The notes under the pieces are model-generated. The model saw only the letters and a program-made list of their open reading frames with translations. It searched no databases and was not told the DNA's origin. Shown here piece by piece: positions 35,846 through 45,751 of a stretch of DNA of 64,000 bases. This DNA comes from Alphaproteobacteria bacterium (lineage in GTDB: Bacteria; Pseudomonadota; Alphaproteobacteria; UBA8366): positions 1,906 through 65,905 of the forward strand of contig JBMYRC010000007.1 of assembly GCA_049601975.1 (NCBI GenBank), given 5' to 3'. The translations under genes were made by a program, and so were the position numbers. Positions within the stretch are counted from its first letter, which is position 1, and every line of letters starts with the position of its first letter.

Positions 35846-36610
35846 ATGTTCTATCAACCGCTTGCTGCTGAAGTTTTTACCTATTTTGTTGTATTTTCCC
35901 GATTGGGTTCGACTTTGGTCGTCTTGCCCGGTGTCGGCGAGCAGTATATTCCGACTCGCGTCAGATTGCTCTTCGCGCTTGCGTTGACGGTTATGATGGC
36001 ACCGATTGTCGCGAACCGGATACCGGAACTGCCAGAAAAAGTGAGCGAACTCTTCTTTTTGATCGGAAGCGAAGTTTTTATCGGTTTTGCGATTGGGATG
36101 ATCGCGCGGTTCCTGATTACGGCCTTATCCTGGGGCGGCACGGTAATTTCATTTCTGAGTGGCTTTTCGGCGGCTCAAGTTTTTAATCCGATGCTGGCCG
36201 ATCAGGGAACATTGCCAGCCGTATTGCTCTCATTAGGCGGCTTGCTGTTAATTTACGCGACGAACACTCACCACCTAATGTTCTTTGCGATTGCCGACAG
36301 CTATACCCTTTTCGTGCCGGGCGTTGCGCCGATATTCGGTGAATTCGCCGACACATTTGCCACTCTATTGTCCCAAAGCTTCGTTATGGCGATGCAGTTC
36401 GCGACGCCTTTTATCGTGTTTGCTATTGTTTTTTATACAGGTATGGGCCTTTTGGCCCGATTGCAGCCGCAAATGCCTGTGTTCTTTGTCGCGTTACCGC
36501 TGCAAATTCTTATCGCGCTAGTAATATTTGCACTTGTTATTCCGACAATACTGCTTTGGTTCCTCGATCGTTTCGAGGCTTCGCTATCGTTCTTTTTTGT
36601 GGCAAGTTAA
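35846..36610 (+). CDS. fliR: flagellar export apparatus protein FliR
   Basis: 254 aa, polytopic. FTYFVVFSRLGSTLVVLPGVGEQYIPTRVRLLFALAL. Located between fliQ and flhB. Confidence 0.9.
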   Translation: MFYQPLAAEVFTYFVVFSRLGSTLVVLPGVGEQYIPTRVRLLFALALTVMMAPIVANRIPELPEKVSELFFLIGSEVFIGFAIGMIARFLITALSWGGTVISFLSGFSAAQVFNPMLADQGTLPAVLLSLGGLLLIYATNTHHLMFFAIADSYTLFVPGVAPIFGEFADTFATLLSQSFVMAMQFATPFIVFAIVFYTGMGLLARLQPQMPVFFVALPLQILIALVIFALVIPTILLWFLDRFEASLSFFFVAS

Positions 36611-36616
36611 GGGATC

Positions 36617-37723
36617 ATGTCGGAAGACGCAGACAAGTCATCAAAAACAGAAGAACCGACGTCCAAGAAATTGACGGACTCACGGGAGCGCGGTTCTGTC
36701 GCGGTCAGCCGTGAGGTCAACACGTGGATGTTGTTGATGGCTGGTGCAATTGCCTTGGTTATGTTTTCCGAAAGTATTGCGAGTGACCTCAACGCGATGC
36801 TGTTAAAATTCGTCGAGAGTCCGCATGCCTTCAGTTTTGACGGTAATAATATGCATGCAGTTCTGTCGGGTGTCCTCATGGATTTCCTGCAGATTTTGTC
36901 GCTACCTTTCATATTATTCGTAATTGTCGCCTTGGCGGCGGGCGTTCTACAAAACGGTATTTCGTTTTCGCCCAAAGCACTTGCGCCGAAATTTGATAAA
37001 TTTAACCCGATTAATGGTTTCAAGAGAATTTTTTCGGGCAAACAAATCGTAGAGTTCGTTAAGGGTATCCTCAAAATTGCCATTGTCGGCAGCGTTGCCG
37101 CAATTCCGCTATTGCCGACATTTGAACGTATTGATGCCCTACCTACTTACGACATCGCTTATTTACCGGGACAGCTGCGTGAATTGGTAATTATGCTGTT
37201 TACCGGCGTTTTAGCAGTACTTGCCGTGATTGCGATTATCGATCTTATCTATCAGCGCTGGGAACATAGCCGTAGCCTTCGCATGACGAAGCAGGAAGTG
37301 AAAGACGAGCACAAACAGACGGAAGGCGACCCGACAGCGAAACAACGCTTGCGGAAAGTTCGAATGGAACGCGCGCAGAGACGTATGATGCAGGCCGTAC
37401 CGGACGCCGATGTCGTGATAACGAACCCAACGCATTTCGCCATTGCTATGAAATATGATCCGGAAACCATGAGTGCGCCGTTACTCGTGGCGAAAGGGCA
37501 GGATCTCGTGGCCTTTAAGATCAGGGAGATCGCGGAAGAGAACGATATTACCATCGTCGAGAACAAGCCTTTGGCTCAGGCGTTGTATTTCGGTGTCGAT
37601 ATCGATGAAGAAGTCCCCGAGGAGCACTATAAGGCCGTGGCGGAAATCATCAGTTATGTTTGGAATGTGAAAGGGCGCTCGATGCCGGCACCAGTTGGCG
37701 AACCCGCTGCGGCAGCGGAATAA
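36617..37723 (+). CDS. flhB: flagellar export switch protein FlhB
   Basis: KTEEPTSKKLTDSRERGSVAVSREV, MTKQEVKDEHKQTEGDPTAKQRLR, and the autocleavage site VVITNPTHFAIAMKY. Confidence 0.95.
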   Translation: MSEDADKSSKTEEPTSKKLTDSRERGSVAVSREVNTWMLLMAGAIALVMFSESIASDLNAMLLKFVESPHAFSFDGNNMHAVLSGVLMDFLQILSLPFILFVIVALAAGVLQNGISFSPKALAPKFDKFNPINGFKRIFSGKQIVEFVKGILKIAIVGSVAAIPLLPTFERIDALPTYDIAYLPGQLRELVIMLFTGVLAVLAVIAIIDLIYQRWEHSRSLRMTKQEVKDEHKQTEGDPTAKQRLRKVRMERAQRRMMQAVPDADVVITNPTHFAIAMKYDPETMSAPLLVAKGQDLVAFKIREIAEENDITIVENKPLAQALYFGVDIDEEVPEEHYKAVAEIISYVWNVKGRSMPAPVGEPAAAAE

Positions 37724-37759
37724 GTACGCCAAATGCGTTGCGAGGCGTAGGAGTTCAGT

Positions 37760-39070
37760 ATGCTGGCCAATTCGGATTTCCAACGTTATTTCGAGAAATT
37801 GCCGACTGGCGTAGTATTGCTCGGTGCTGATCTTAATGTCCTAGAGTGCAATGCGGCGTTTTGCGCCCTCGTGGGGTTCGATTCTCCGGTCGGCGAGGCT
37901 TTTGGAAGATTTTTGACGCAGGAATCGCGCGAAGCCGCGAAGGTATATTTCACCGAAGTATCCCAGTGAAGCAACATTCAAAATAGGTTGACGCCACTTT
38001 GGTCACGGAAGGTGACAGGTTGGTCTCAAGTTACGCGGCACCTGTCGCTGCGGAATCGAGTGATGAGACGGCTATCCTTCTGCATCTTGTCGAAATAACA
38101 GAACGAAAATGCTCGAAGCTCGTTTCGCGCAATCCCAGAAAATGCAGGCAGTCGGTCAGCTAGCGGGTGGGATAGGCCACAATTTAAACAATTTTCTAAC
38201 CGCGATGATTGGTTTCTGCGATCTTCTTCTGCAACGTTATCGGCCGGGAAAACAAGAGTTTGCCGATGTCATGCAAATTAAACAAAACGCTAATTGAGGG
38301 GCCCCCCTGGTGCGACAACCGTTGGCTTTATCGCGCCAGCAAACTCTGCAACCGCAGCGCCTTCAAATGGCCGATGTCTTGGCTGAGCTTCCCAATCTGC
38401 TTCGTCGCCCCCTCGGTGAGAGCATTGAGTTGAATGTCGTGCATGGGCGCGACTTCAGCTACGTTAAGGTTGACCAGGGGCAGTCGGAGCAAGTCATTAT
38501 CAATCGGGCTGTCAATGCACGAGACGCGATGCAAGACGGCGGGTCGCTTGTTATCGAGACTGAAAACCGGCAAGTCGCGCGACCGTTCGAGATAAACGGT
38601 GAGACGGTGGCGCCTGGGGAGTATTTTGTCCTCGACGTCACGGATAGCGGGATGGGAATCGATGCCGAGACACCCCCGCGTATCTTCGAGCCGTTTTTTA
38701 CGACCAAGGAAGTAGGTTCCGGGACCGGGCTCGGACTGTCGACAGTTAATGGAATCGTGACCCAAACAGGCGGCCATATTCTGGCTGAAATCAAAGGGGG
38801 GGTGCGAGCTTTGATTTGCTCATTACCGATATGGTTATGCCGAAGGTGGGTGGTGCCGAGGTGGTCAAGGTGGCCCGTATGAGAGATCCTGATTTGCCGG
38901 TTATTTGAATATCCGGATACACACAGGAATCGATCGCACGAGAAGTCGAGTCGATGGATAACGTGGATTTTCTGCTCAAACCGTTCAGTTTGAAACAATT
39001 GGCGCTGACCGTGAAGGTTTCCTTCGATAGGTCCCGTGAGGCGGCAGCGAAGATAGCGCTAACGAATTGA
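37760..39070 (+). pseudogene. decayed hybrid sensor histidine kinase (PAS-HisKA-HATPase-REC) with nonsense codons, frameshifts and an internal deletion
   Basis: The gene is split into four pieces:
- PAS fragment 37760-37969, followed by a frame change and a TAG.
- H-box fragment [24 protein letters not shown], ending at an in-frame TGA (38295-38297).
- HATPase fragment with VNARDAM, DSGMGI and GSGTGLGLS.
- After GGHILAEIKGG the reading jumps straight into the receiver-domain remnant FDLLITDMVMPKVGG...PVI-TGA-ISGY...LLKPF in another frame. Confidence 0.8.
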
Positions 39071-39089
39071 AAATAAAAAATTAAAAGAA

Positions 39090-39104
39090 GAACAAAGAAA
39101 GAAC
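39090..39104 (+). promoter_or_regulatory. alphaproteobacterial LexA (SOS) box GAAC-N7-GAAC upstream of recA
   Basis: GAACAAAGAAAGAAC. Additional GAAC repeats follow (39107, 39115), about 140 nt upstream of the recA ATG. Confidence 0.7.
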
Positions 39105-39240
39105 TTGAACCAAAGAACAAATATGGTACATTCCCAACAAGAAAATAACTTAGACCCTCAAGAGTAACGGGGCCTTGAGCAACAGGTAAGGGGAAAGCAG
39201 TATGGCCGTCAGCCCACTTCATCTCGTCGAAAAGGACTCC

Positions 39241-40326
39241 ATGGACAAGGAAAAAGCTCTCGAAGCGGCGCTCGGACAGATCGAGCGGTCCTTCGGCAAA
39301 GGCTCTATCATGAAGCTTGGCCAGCAAGGACAAGCAGTGGATGTTGAAGCGGTTTCGACCGGTTCGCTTGGGCTCGACATTGGGCTCGGTATTGGCGGCT
39401 TACCGCGCGGGCGCATCGTCGAAATCTACGGTCCGGAAAGTTCAGGCAAGACGACTCTGGCGCTGCACGTGATCGCGGAAGCGCAAAAAGTTGGAGGTAC
39501 CTGTGCGTTTGTTGATGCTGAACATGCCTTGGATCCCGGATATGCCAAGAAACTGGGAGTCAACCTTGACGAATTGTTGATTTCGCAACCAGATGCGGGC
39601 GAGCAAGCACTTGAAATCGCTGACACGCTGGTAAGATCCGGAGCAATCGATGTGTTGGTGGTCGACTCCGTGGCCGCATTGGTGCCGCGCGCCGAACTCG
39701 AAGGGGAAATGGGCGACACTCACGTTGGTCTACAAGCCCGTTTGATGAGTCAGGCGTTACGCAAATTAACCGGCTCGATCAATCGTTCGAAATGTATGGT
39801 GATCTTCATCAATCAAATTCGTATGAAGATTGGTGTTATGTTCGGCAGCCCGGAAACTACGAGCGGCGGTAATGCACTGAAATTCTACGCGAGTGTTCGC
39901 CTCGATATTCGTCGGATCGGTGCCATTAAGGACCGCGACGACGTGGTCGGCAATCAGACCCGTGTTAAGGTGGTGAAGAACAAGATGGCACCGCCCTTCA
40001 AGGTGGTCGAGTTTGACATCATGTATGGCGAAGGAATTTCGAAAACCGGCGAATTACTGGACCTCGGTGTCGCGGCCGGGATTGTAGAGAAATCCGGCTC
40101 GTGGTTCTCGTTCGACGGGCAACGTATTGGACAAGGGCGTCAAAACGCGAAGGAATTTCTAAAAGAAAATGCTGAAATGGCCGATGTGATTGAACGCAAG
40201 GTGCGAGAAAATGCCGGACTAATTTCAGAACGGATGCTCGAGGGTAGTACTGCGGATACGAGCGACGATGACGACGTTGAGGGAATTAAAGAGAATCCTA
40301 TTGAAGCCAAGGGCGACGCGGACTGA
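39241..40326 (+). CDS. recA: recombinase RecA
   Basis: [24 protein letters not shown], the Walker A motif GPESSGKTT, and [38 protein letters not shown]. The ORF track starts at 39202; the conserved N-terminus starts at 39241. Confidence 0.97.
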   Translation: MDKEKALEAALGQIERSFGKGSIMKLGQQGQAVDVEAVSTGSLGLDIGLGIGGLPRGRIVEIYGPESSGKTTLALHVIAEAQKVGGTCAFVDAEHALDPGYAKKLGVNLDELLISQPDAGEQALEIADTLVRSGAIDVLVVDSVAALVPRAELEGEMGDTHVGLQARLMSQALRKLTGSINRSKCMVIFINQIRMKIGVMFGSPETTSGGNALKFYASVRLDIRRIGAIKDRDDVVGNQTRVKVVKNKMAPPFKVVEFDIMYGEGISKTGELLDLGVAAGIVEKSGSWFSFDGQRIGQGRQNAKEFLKENAEMADVIERKVRENAGLISERMLEGSTADTSDDDDVEGIKENPIEAKGDAD

Positions 40327-40342
40327 TCTCCATATAAGGTTA

Positions 40343-40381
40343 ACGTAAAGCGGCGTCTAAATGGGCGCCGTTTTACGTTTA
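40343..40381 (+). terminator. rho-independent terminator after recA
   Basis: 13-bp stem ACGTAAAGCGGCG / CGCCGTTTTACGT (one G-U pair) followed by TTT. Confidence 0.6.
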
Positions 40382-40544
40382 TACAAGACTACTCACGCAC
40401 GGCAATTAGGCGGTCTATCGCTAGACTTCGATACAACTGGACGGTAGAACGCGAGACCGGAAACAGCGATATTTATGGCATGGGCCACTCTACCGGTCTA
40501 TATGTCGATGGGTTCAATATTGTGCAGCCGCAGAGACGTTCATC

Positions 40545-43205
40545 ATGACCAGCGCCAGTGAAATTCGCAGCGGATTTCTAGATTATTTCCGTAAGAACGG
40601 GCACGAGATTGTGTCGTCGTCTCCGCTCGTGCCGAGAAACGACCCAACTCTGCTATTCACCAATGCGGGGATGGTCCAATTCAAGAATGTATTCGTCGGT
40701 GCCGCGCAGCGGCCCTATAGCCGGGCAACAACATCACAGAAATGCGTGCGTGCGGGCGGTAAACACAATGATCTCGAAAATGTCGGGTACACCGCACGCC
40801 ATCATACGTTTTTTGAAATGCTCGGAAACTTCTCTTTCGGAGATTACTTCAAGGACGTGGCCATCGAACTCGCCTGGAATCTGATCACCAAAGAGTATGG
40901 GCTCGATCCTGAAAAACTATTGGTAACGGTCTATTCTGAGGATGAAGACGCTGCTGCTTTTTGGCGGAAGATTGCGGGATTGTCTGATGAAAAGATTATC
41001 CGTATCCCGACCTCCGATAACTTTTGGGCCATGGGTGACACAGGACCCTGTGGTCCGTGCTCCGAGATATTTTACGATCATGGCCCGTCAATCCCTGGAG
41101 GACCGCCCGGAAGCCCGGACGAGGACGGTGACCGATTTATCGAAATTTGGAACCTCGTCTTCATGCAGTTCGAGCAGTTATCGGTCGACGAACGGGTAAA
41201 CTTACCGAAACCGTCGATCGATACGGGAATGGGCTTGGAACGGCTTTCCGCCTTGCTGCAGGGAAAACACGATAATTACGACACGGATTTGATTCGCGTC
41301 TTGATCGATGCCTCGGCGGAAGTTTCGAATACGCCATCTGACGGTGACCGTGCGGTCTCGCATCGGGTTATTGCCGATCATTTGCGAGCTTGCAGTTTTC
41401 TGGTCGCCGACGGCGTTTTACCGTCGAATGAGGGCCGGGGTTATGTCTTGCGTCGCATAATGCGGCGCGGCATGCGGCATGCCCATCTCTTGGGTTGCCA
41501 GGAGCCTTTGATGTGGCAATTGGTGCCGGCGTTGGTCGCGGAGATGGGGCAGGCGTTCCCGGAATTGGTGCGCGGCCAGGCTCTAATAGAGGAGACCTTC
41601 AAGCTCGAAGAGACGCGCTTTAAGGAAATGCTCGCCCGTGGCCTGCGTTTGCTTGAAGACGAGACGTCGAAGCTCGGTGATCGCGAGACGCTCTCAGGTG
41701 AAGTTGCTTTTCGACTTTACGACACCTTCGGTTTTCCCATTGATTTAACCCAAGATATTTTGCGCGGTCAGGGTCGCGTCGTTGATGAAGCGGGCTTCGA
41801 TACCGCCATGCAGCGCCAACGGGATGCGGCACGCAAGGCGTGGTCGGGATCGGGTGAAGCTGCGACGGAAAACGTTTGGTTCGATGTGCGCGACGATGCC
41901 GGAGCCAGCGAATTCTTGGGTTATGATACGGAGGCAGCGGAAGGTGTCGTCGCAGCTATCTTATTAGATGGTAAGCCGGCCGAACGATTGGATGTGGGCG
42001 AATCCGGTATGATCGTGGCCAACCAAACACCCTTTTACGCGGAATCAGGCGGACAGATGGGCGACAACGGGGTGTTGTTCACAGCGGATGGCGCGGAGTT
42101 CGTAGTCGAGGATACGTTGAAGCGTCTTGATGATCTTCACGTCCATATTGGGACATTACGCCAGGGCAGTTTGGAAAAATCCGACGCCGTTGAAATGCGT
42201 GTGGACGGGGAACGCCGAAGCCGCTTGCGGGCGAATCATTCGGTCACTCATTTAATGCATGCGGCGCTACGTGAACGTCTTGGTGATCACGTTGCGCAAA
42301 AAGGTTCGTTGGTGTCGCCGGAATATCTGCGGTTTGATTTCAGCCATCAAAAACCTGTTGATGCGGACGAACTTGCCATGATCGAGGCTGACGTGAACAA
42401 GCGCATCCGGGAAAACGCTGAAGTCCTGACGAGACAGATGACGCCGGATGAGGCACAGGATGCCGGCGCGACGGCGTTATTCGGTGAAAAATATGGCGAG
42501 GAAGTTCGCGTCGTCTCGATGGGGAGAAGAGCCGGAGAGGGACGCGAGTTACCGTATTCGATGGAATTGTGCGGTGGTACCCATGTGACCCGGACAGGCG
42601 ATATTGGGTTCTTCAAGATCACGTCAGAGACCGCAGTTGCCTCTGGTGTTAGGCGGATCGAAGCGGTTACCGGTGAAGCGGCGCTTCAGTACGTCGGAGC
42701 ACGCGACGCCATCATTTCAGAGACCGCAAAGTCATTGAATGCAGCGCCAAGTGACGTTCCAGCCCGGGTCGGAGCATTGTTGCAGGAACGTCGCGCTATG
42801 GAGCGCGAGATGTCAGATCTTCGCCGTAAACTGGCTGAAGGTGGTAGCGGCACTGCCGCGCCCGAAGTTCGGGACGTAAACGGTATGTCCATGGCGACAC
42901 GTTTGCTGGAAGACGTGCCCTCAAAGGAATTAAAACCGCTTGTGGATTCTCTGAAGGGGCAATTGGGCTCGGGGATCGTGGCGGTTATCTCGGTCAGTGA
43001 CGGTAAGGCGTCGTTGGTTGTTGGTGTCACCGATGATTTGACCGAACGAGTCAGTGCGGTTGATTTGGTTCGCGCCGGCTCCGCGGCACTTGGCGGTAAG
43101 GGTGGCGGCGGTCGGCCGGATATGGCGCAAGCAGGCGGACCCGATGGAGATGCGGCAGATGCTGCGTTGACGGCGATAGCCGATGCGGCAGCCAATGCAG
43201 GCTAG
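40545..43205 (+). CDS. alaS: alanine--tRNA ligase
   Basis: 886 aa. [48 protein letters not shown], the editing-domain motif [12 protein letters not shown], and CGGTHV. Confidence 0.97.
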   Translation: MTSASEIRSGFLDYFRKNGHEIVSSSPLVPRNDPTLLFTNAGMVQFKNVFVGAAQRPYSRATTSQKCVRAGGKHNDLENVGYTARHHTFFEMLGNFSFGDYFKDVAIELAWNLITKEYGLDPEKLLVTVYSEDEDAAAFWRKIAGLSDEKIIRIPTSDNFWAMGDTGPCGPCSEIFYDHGPSIPGGPPGSPDEDGDRFIEIWNLVFMQFEQLSVDERVNLPKPSIDTGMGLERLSALLQGKHDNYDTDLIRVLIDASAEVSNTPSDGDRAVSHRVIADHLRACSFLVADGVLPSNEGRGYVLRRIMRRGMRHAHLLGCQEPLMWQLVPALVAEMGQAFPELVRGQALIEETFKLEETRFKEMLARGLRLLEDETSKLGDRETLSGEVAFRLYDTFGFPIDLTQDILRGQGRVVDEAGFDTAMQRQRDAARKAWSGSGEAATENVWFDVRDDAGASEFLGYDTEAAEGVVAAILLDGKPAERLDVGESGMIVANQTPFYAESGGQMGDNGVLFTADGAEFVVEDTLKRLDDLHVHIGTLRQGSLEKSDAVEMRVDGERRSRLRANHSVTHLMHAALRERLGDHVAQKGSLVSPEYLRFDFSHQKPVDADELAMIEADVNKRIRENAEVLTRQMTPDEAQDAGATALFGEKYGEEVRVVSMGRRAGEGRELPYSMELCGGTHVTRTGDIGFFKITSETAVASGVRRIEAVTGEAALQYVGARDAIISETAKSLNAAPSDVPARVGALLQERRAMEREMSDLRRKLAEGGSGTAAPEVRDVNGMSMATRLLEDVPSKELKPLVDSLKGQLGSGIVAVISVSDGKASLVVGVTDDLTERVSAVDLVRAGSAALGGKGGGGRPDMAQAGGPDGDAADAALTAIADAAANAG

Positions 43206-43288
43206 TTCGTTTCACGGTCTTGATAGTCCGATACCCGCGCTCTAGGTTCTCTCACAAACTTCACCGCAGTACAGGAAGCAACACGACG

Positions 43289-44140
43289 ATGCGATTTGAA
43301 GGCACCGAAAACTACGTCGCGACCGACGACCTGATGGTCGCGGTCAATGCGGCGATCAATCTGGAACGGCCTCTCCTAATTAAAGGAGAACCCGGAACCG
43401 GCAAGACTGTCTTGGCTCACGAAATTGCGAAGGCGCTCGATGCACCGCTTATTCAGTGGCACATCAAGTCAACCACAAAAGCCCAGCATGGACTTTATGA
43501 ATACGATGCAGTGAAGAGATTGCGCGACAGTCAGCTTGGCGATGACCGGGTGCACGATATCAAGAATTACATCGTACGCGGTAAGTTGTGGGAATCCTTC
43601 ACCCTGAAGGATCGTCCGGTTTTGCTTATCGATGAGATTGATAAAGCGGATATCGAATTCCCCAATGATTTGTTGCTGGAACTCGATCGAATGGAATTCT
43701 ACGTCTACGAGACGCAGGAGACCGTTGTGGCAAAAGTTCGCCCCATTGTCATCATCACGTCGAACAACGAGAAGGAGCTACCGGACGCATTCCTACGCCG
43801 TTGTTTCTTCCACTATATTCAATTCCCTGATGAAGAGACCATGAAGCGTATTGTCGACGTTCACTTCCCTTCGATTCAAACTGCGCTGGTCCGCGATGCG
43901 CTGAAGCTGTTCTACGACGTCCGCGATGTGCCAGGGATGAAGAAGCGCCCGTCGACATCGGAATTGTTGGATTGGATCAAACTGCTGATGATCGAGGATA
44001 TCCCCCTTGAGGTTCTGCGCAGCAACGATCCGAATAAGTTGATCCCGCCCCTGCATGGCGCTTTGTTGAAGAACGAGCAAGATGTGCAATTGTTTGAACG
44101 GTTGGCCTTTATGGCGCGCCGGGAACAACGCGGAAACTAA
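43289..44140 (+). CDS. MoxR-family AAA+ ATPase
   Basis: Walker A motif LLIKGEPGTGKT, Walker B motif VLLIDEIDKA, and VIITSNNEKELPDAFLRRCF. The start is set at the ATG at 43289. Confidence 0.85.
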   Translation: MRFEGTENYVATDDLMVAVNAAINLERPLLIKGEPGTGKTVLAHEIAKALDAPLIQWHIKSTTKAQHGLYEYDAVKRLRDSQLGDDRVHDIKNYIVRGKLWESFTLKDRPVLLIDEIDKADIEFPNDLLLELDRMEFYVYETQETVVAKVRPIVIITSNNEKELPDAFLRRCFFHYIQFPDEETMKRIVDVHFPSIQTALVRDALKLFYDVRDVPGMKKRPSTSELLDWIKLLMIEDIPLEVLRSNDPNKLIPPLHGALLKNEQDVQLFERLAFMARREQRGN

Positions 44141-44163
44141 CGGGCGAAAGGAGCCCGACGAAG

Positions 44164-45342
44164 ATGTTCGTGAATTTCTTTTTCGAGGTAAAGAAGGCGG
44201 GAATCCCGACTTCGCTACGCGAATATCTCACCTTGCTTGAGGCGATGGAAGCGAAGGTTATCGAATTTTCGATCGATGAGTTTTATTACCTGTCGCGCTC
44301 GGCGTTGGTGAAGGACGAGCGACATATCGATAAATTCGACCGGGTCTTTGGCCATGTCTTCAAGGGGCTCGAACCTGTCGAGGGCGAGGAACCGGTTGAA
44401 TTGCCGGAGGAATGGTTGCGCAAGATGGCGGAGCTCTACCTGACCGAAGAGGAACGCCAAAATATCGAAGCGCTCGGTGGGTTCGAAAAACTCATGGAAA
44501 CCCTGGCGGAACGGCTCAAGGAACAGGAAGGCCGGCATCAGGGCGGCAGTAAATGGATCGGCACCGCCGGCACTTCACCATTCGGGGCCTATGGCTATAA
44601 CCCGGAAGGTGTGCGGATAGGTCAACACGAATCCCGTAACCGCCGCGCTGTGAAGGTTTGGGACAAACGCGAGTTCAAGAATTTCGACGATAGCGTCGAT
44701 ATCGGCATTCGAAATATCCAGGTGGCGCTCCGACGTTTGCGCAAATTCGCCCGTGAGGGGGCGCCGACGGAGTTGGATCTACCCGATACGATCAAATCGA
44801 CGGCCCATAACGGCGGTTATCTCGATATTAAGATGGTACCGGAACGCCATAACCAAGTGAAGGTACTGCTGTTCCTCGATGTTGGTGGTTCGATGGACGA
44901 TCATATTCGCGTCTGTGAGGAAATGTTTTCGGCGTGCCGGACGGAATTCAAGCATCTTGAGTATTTCTACTTCCACAACTGCTTGTACGAGGGCGTGTGG
45001 AAGGACAATCGCCGCCGTCATACCGAAAAGACGGATGTCTGGGAGGTGTTGCGCACGTATCCGCAAGATTATAAGGCGATTTTCGTCGGCGATGCGACTA
45101 TGAGCCCATATGAGATCGTCTATCCGGGCGGTAGCGTCGAACATTGGAACGAAGAATCAGGCGCCGAATGGATGAGGCGCGTGATATCGACATATCAACG
45201 CTCGATCTGGCTTAATCCGCAGCCGAAGGACGTTTGGGATTACTATGAGTCCATTCGTGTCATGAATGAACTTATGGAAGGGCGCATGTTCCCCATGACC
45301 ATTGAAGGCTTGGATGCGGGCATGCGCGAGTTAAGCCACTAG
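44164..45342 (+). CDS. VWA domain-containing protein (CoxE-like partner of the MoxR ATPase)
   Basis: 392 aa. VLLFLDVGGSMDDH (MIDAS-like DxGxS) in the C-terminal half. Located immediately downstream of the MoxR ATPase gene. Confidence 0.75.
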   Translation: MFVNFFFEVKKAGIPTSLREYLTLLEAMEAKVIEFSIDEFYYLSRSALVKDERHIDKFDRVFGHVFKGLEPVEGEEPVELPEEWLRKMAELYLTEEERQNIEALGGFEKLMETLAERLKEQEGRHQGGSKWIGTAGTSPFGAYGYNPEGVRIGQHESRNRRAVKVWDKREFKNFDDSVDIGIRNIQVALRRLRKFAREGAPTELDLPDTIKSTAHNGGYLDIKMVPERHNQVKVLLFLDVGGSMDDHIRVCEEMFSACRTEFKHLEYFYFHNCLYEGVWKDNRRRHTEKTDVWEVLRTYPQDYKAIFVGDATMSPYEIVYPGGSVEHWNEESGAEWMRRVISTYQRSIWLNPQPKDVWDYYESIRVMNELMEGRMFPMTIEGLDAGMRELSH

Positions 45343-45394
45343 ATACCATCGCACGGGCTTTGAATATGTGCATCCTGGATGCGATAAGGAACTT

Positions 45395-45703
45395 ATGAAA
45401 CGCTATCTTCAGGTCCTAATCGCTTTATTCTTTCCGCTATGGCTACTTGGCTGCGGTGTGGCGCCCTTCGTGACGGGCAATCCGGCGATCAAGTCACCGG
45501 ACAAAACCCAAGTCGTCTCCATGTGCTACCACGCGAATGCGACGACACGAGAAGAAGTGACGGCCCTTGCGGCCAAGGAATGTACGGAGGAGGGATCCAC
45601 TGTCACATTCTGGCACCACGACACCACGTTGAACGATTGCCCCATTCTGGCGAAAACGCGCGTTAGTTTTCTCTGCGTTCCCCCAACGGCCCAGACCAAA
45701 TAA
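45395..45703 (+). CDS. small lipoprotein, unknown function
   Basis: MKRYLQVLIALFFPLWLLGCGV has a lipobox LLGC. An AAGGA RBS lies upstream of the ATG at 45395. The mature part contains four Cys. Confidence 0.55.
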   Translation: MKRYLQVLIALFFPLWLLGCGVAPFVTGNPAIKSPDKTQVVSMCYHANATTREEVTALAAKECTEEGSTVTFWHHDTTLNDCPILAKTRVSFLCVPPTAQTK

Positions 45704-45705
45704 AA

Positions 45706-45725
45706 GAGGCGCCCGAAGGCGCCTC
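45706..45725. terminator. bidirectional hairpin terminator between convergent genes
   Basis: GAGGCGCC-CGAA-GGCGCCTC, flanked by an A-run (upstream) and a T-containing tract. Confidence 0.7.
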
Positions 45726-45751
45726 AGTTATATTCGCTAATATCGGCGTGA

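Noticed and set aside
38295-38297. In-frame TGA codons in the histidine kinase (38295 and about 38905) as possible selenocysteine or programmed read-through sites
   Set aside because: The same gene also carries a TAG, at least two frameshifts and a domain-removing deletion. The TGA positions correspond to ordinary (Arg or hydrophobic) residues in the family pattern, and no SECIS-like hairpin is evident. Simple decay is the parsimonious reading.
38459-39333. Two long minus-strand ORFs (179 and 180 aa) across the kinase pseudogene and the recA upstream region
   Set aside because: They run antisense to recognisable HATPase/REC remnants and across the recA SOS box and start. They contain no motifs. 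They arise because the decayed plus-strand gene no longer constrains stops.
42686-43195. 169-aa minus-strand ORF at the 3' end of alaS
   Set aside because: It lies antisense to the well-conserved AlaS C-terminal domain and gives a proline/alanine/serine-rich shadow product.
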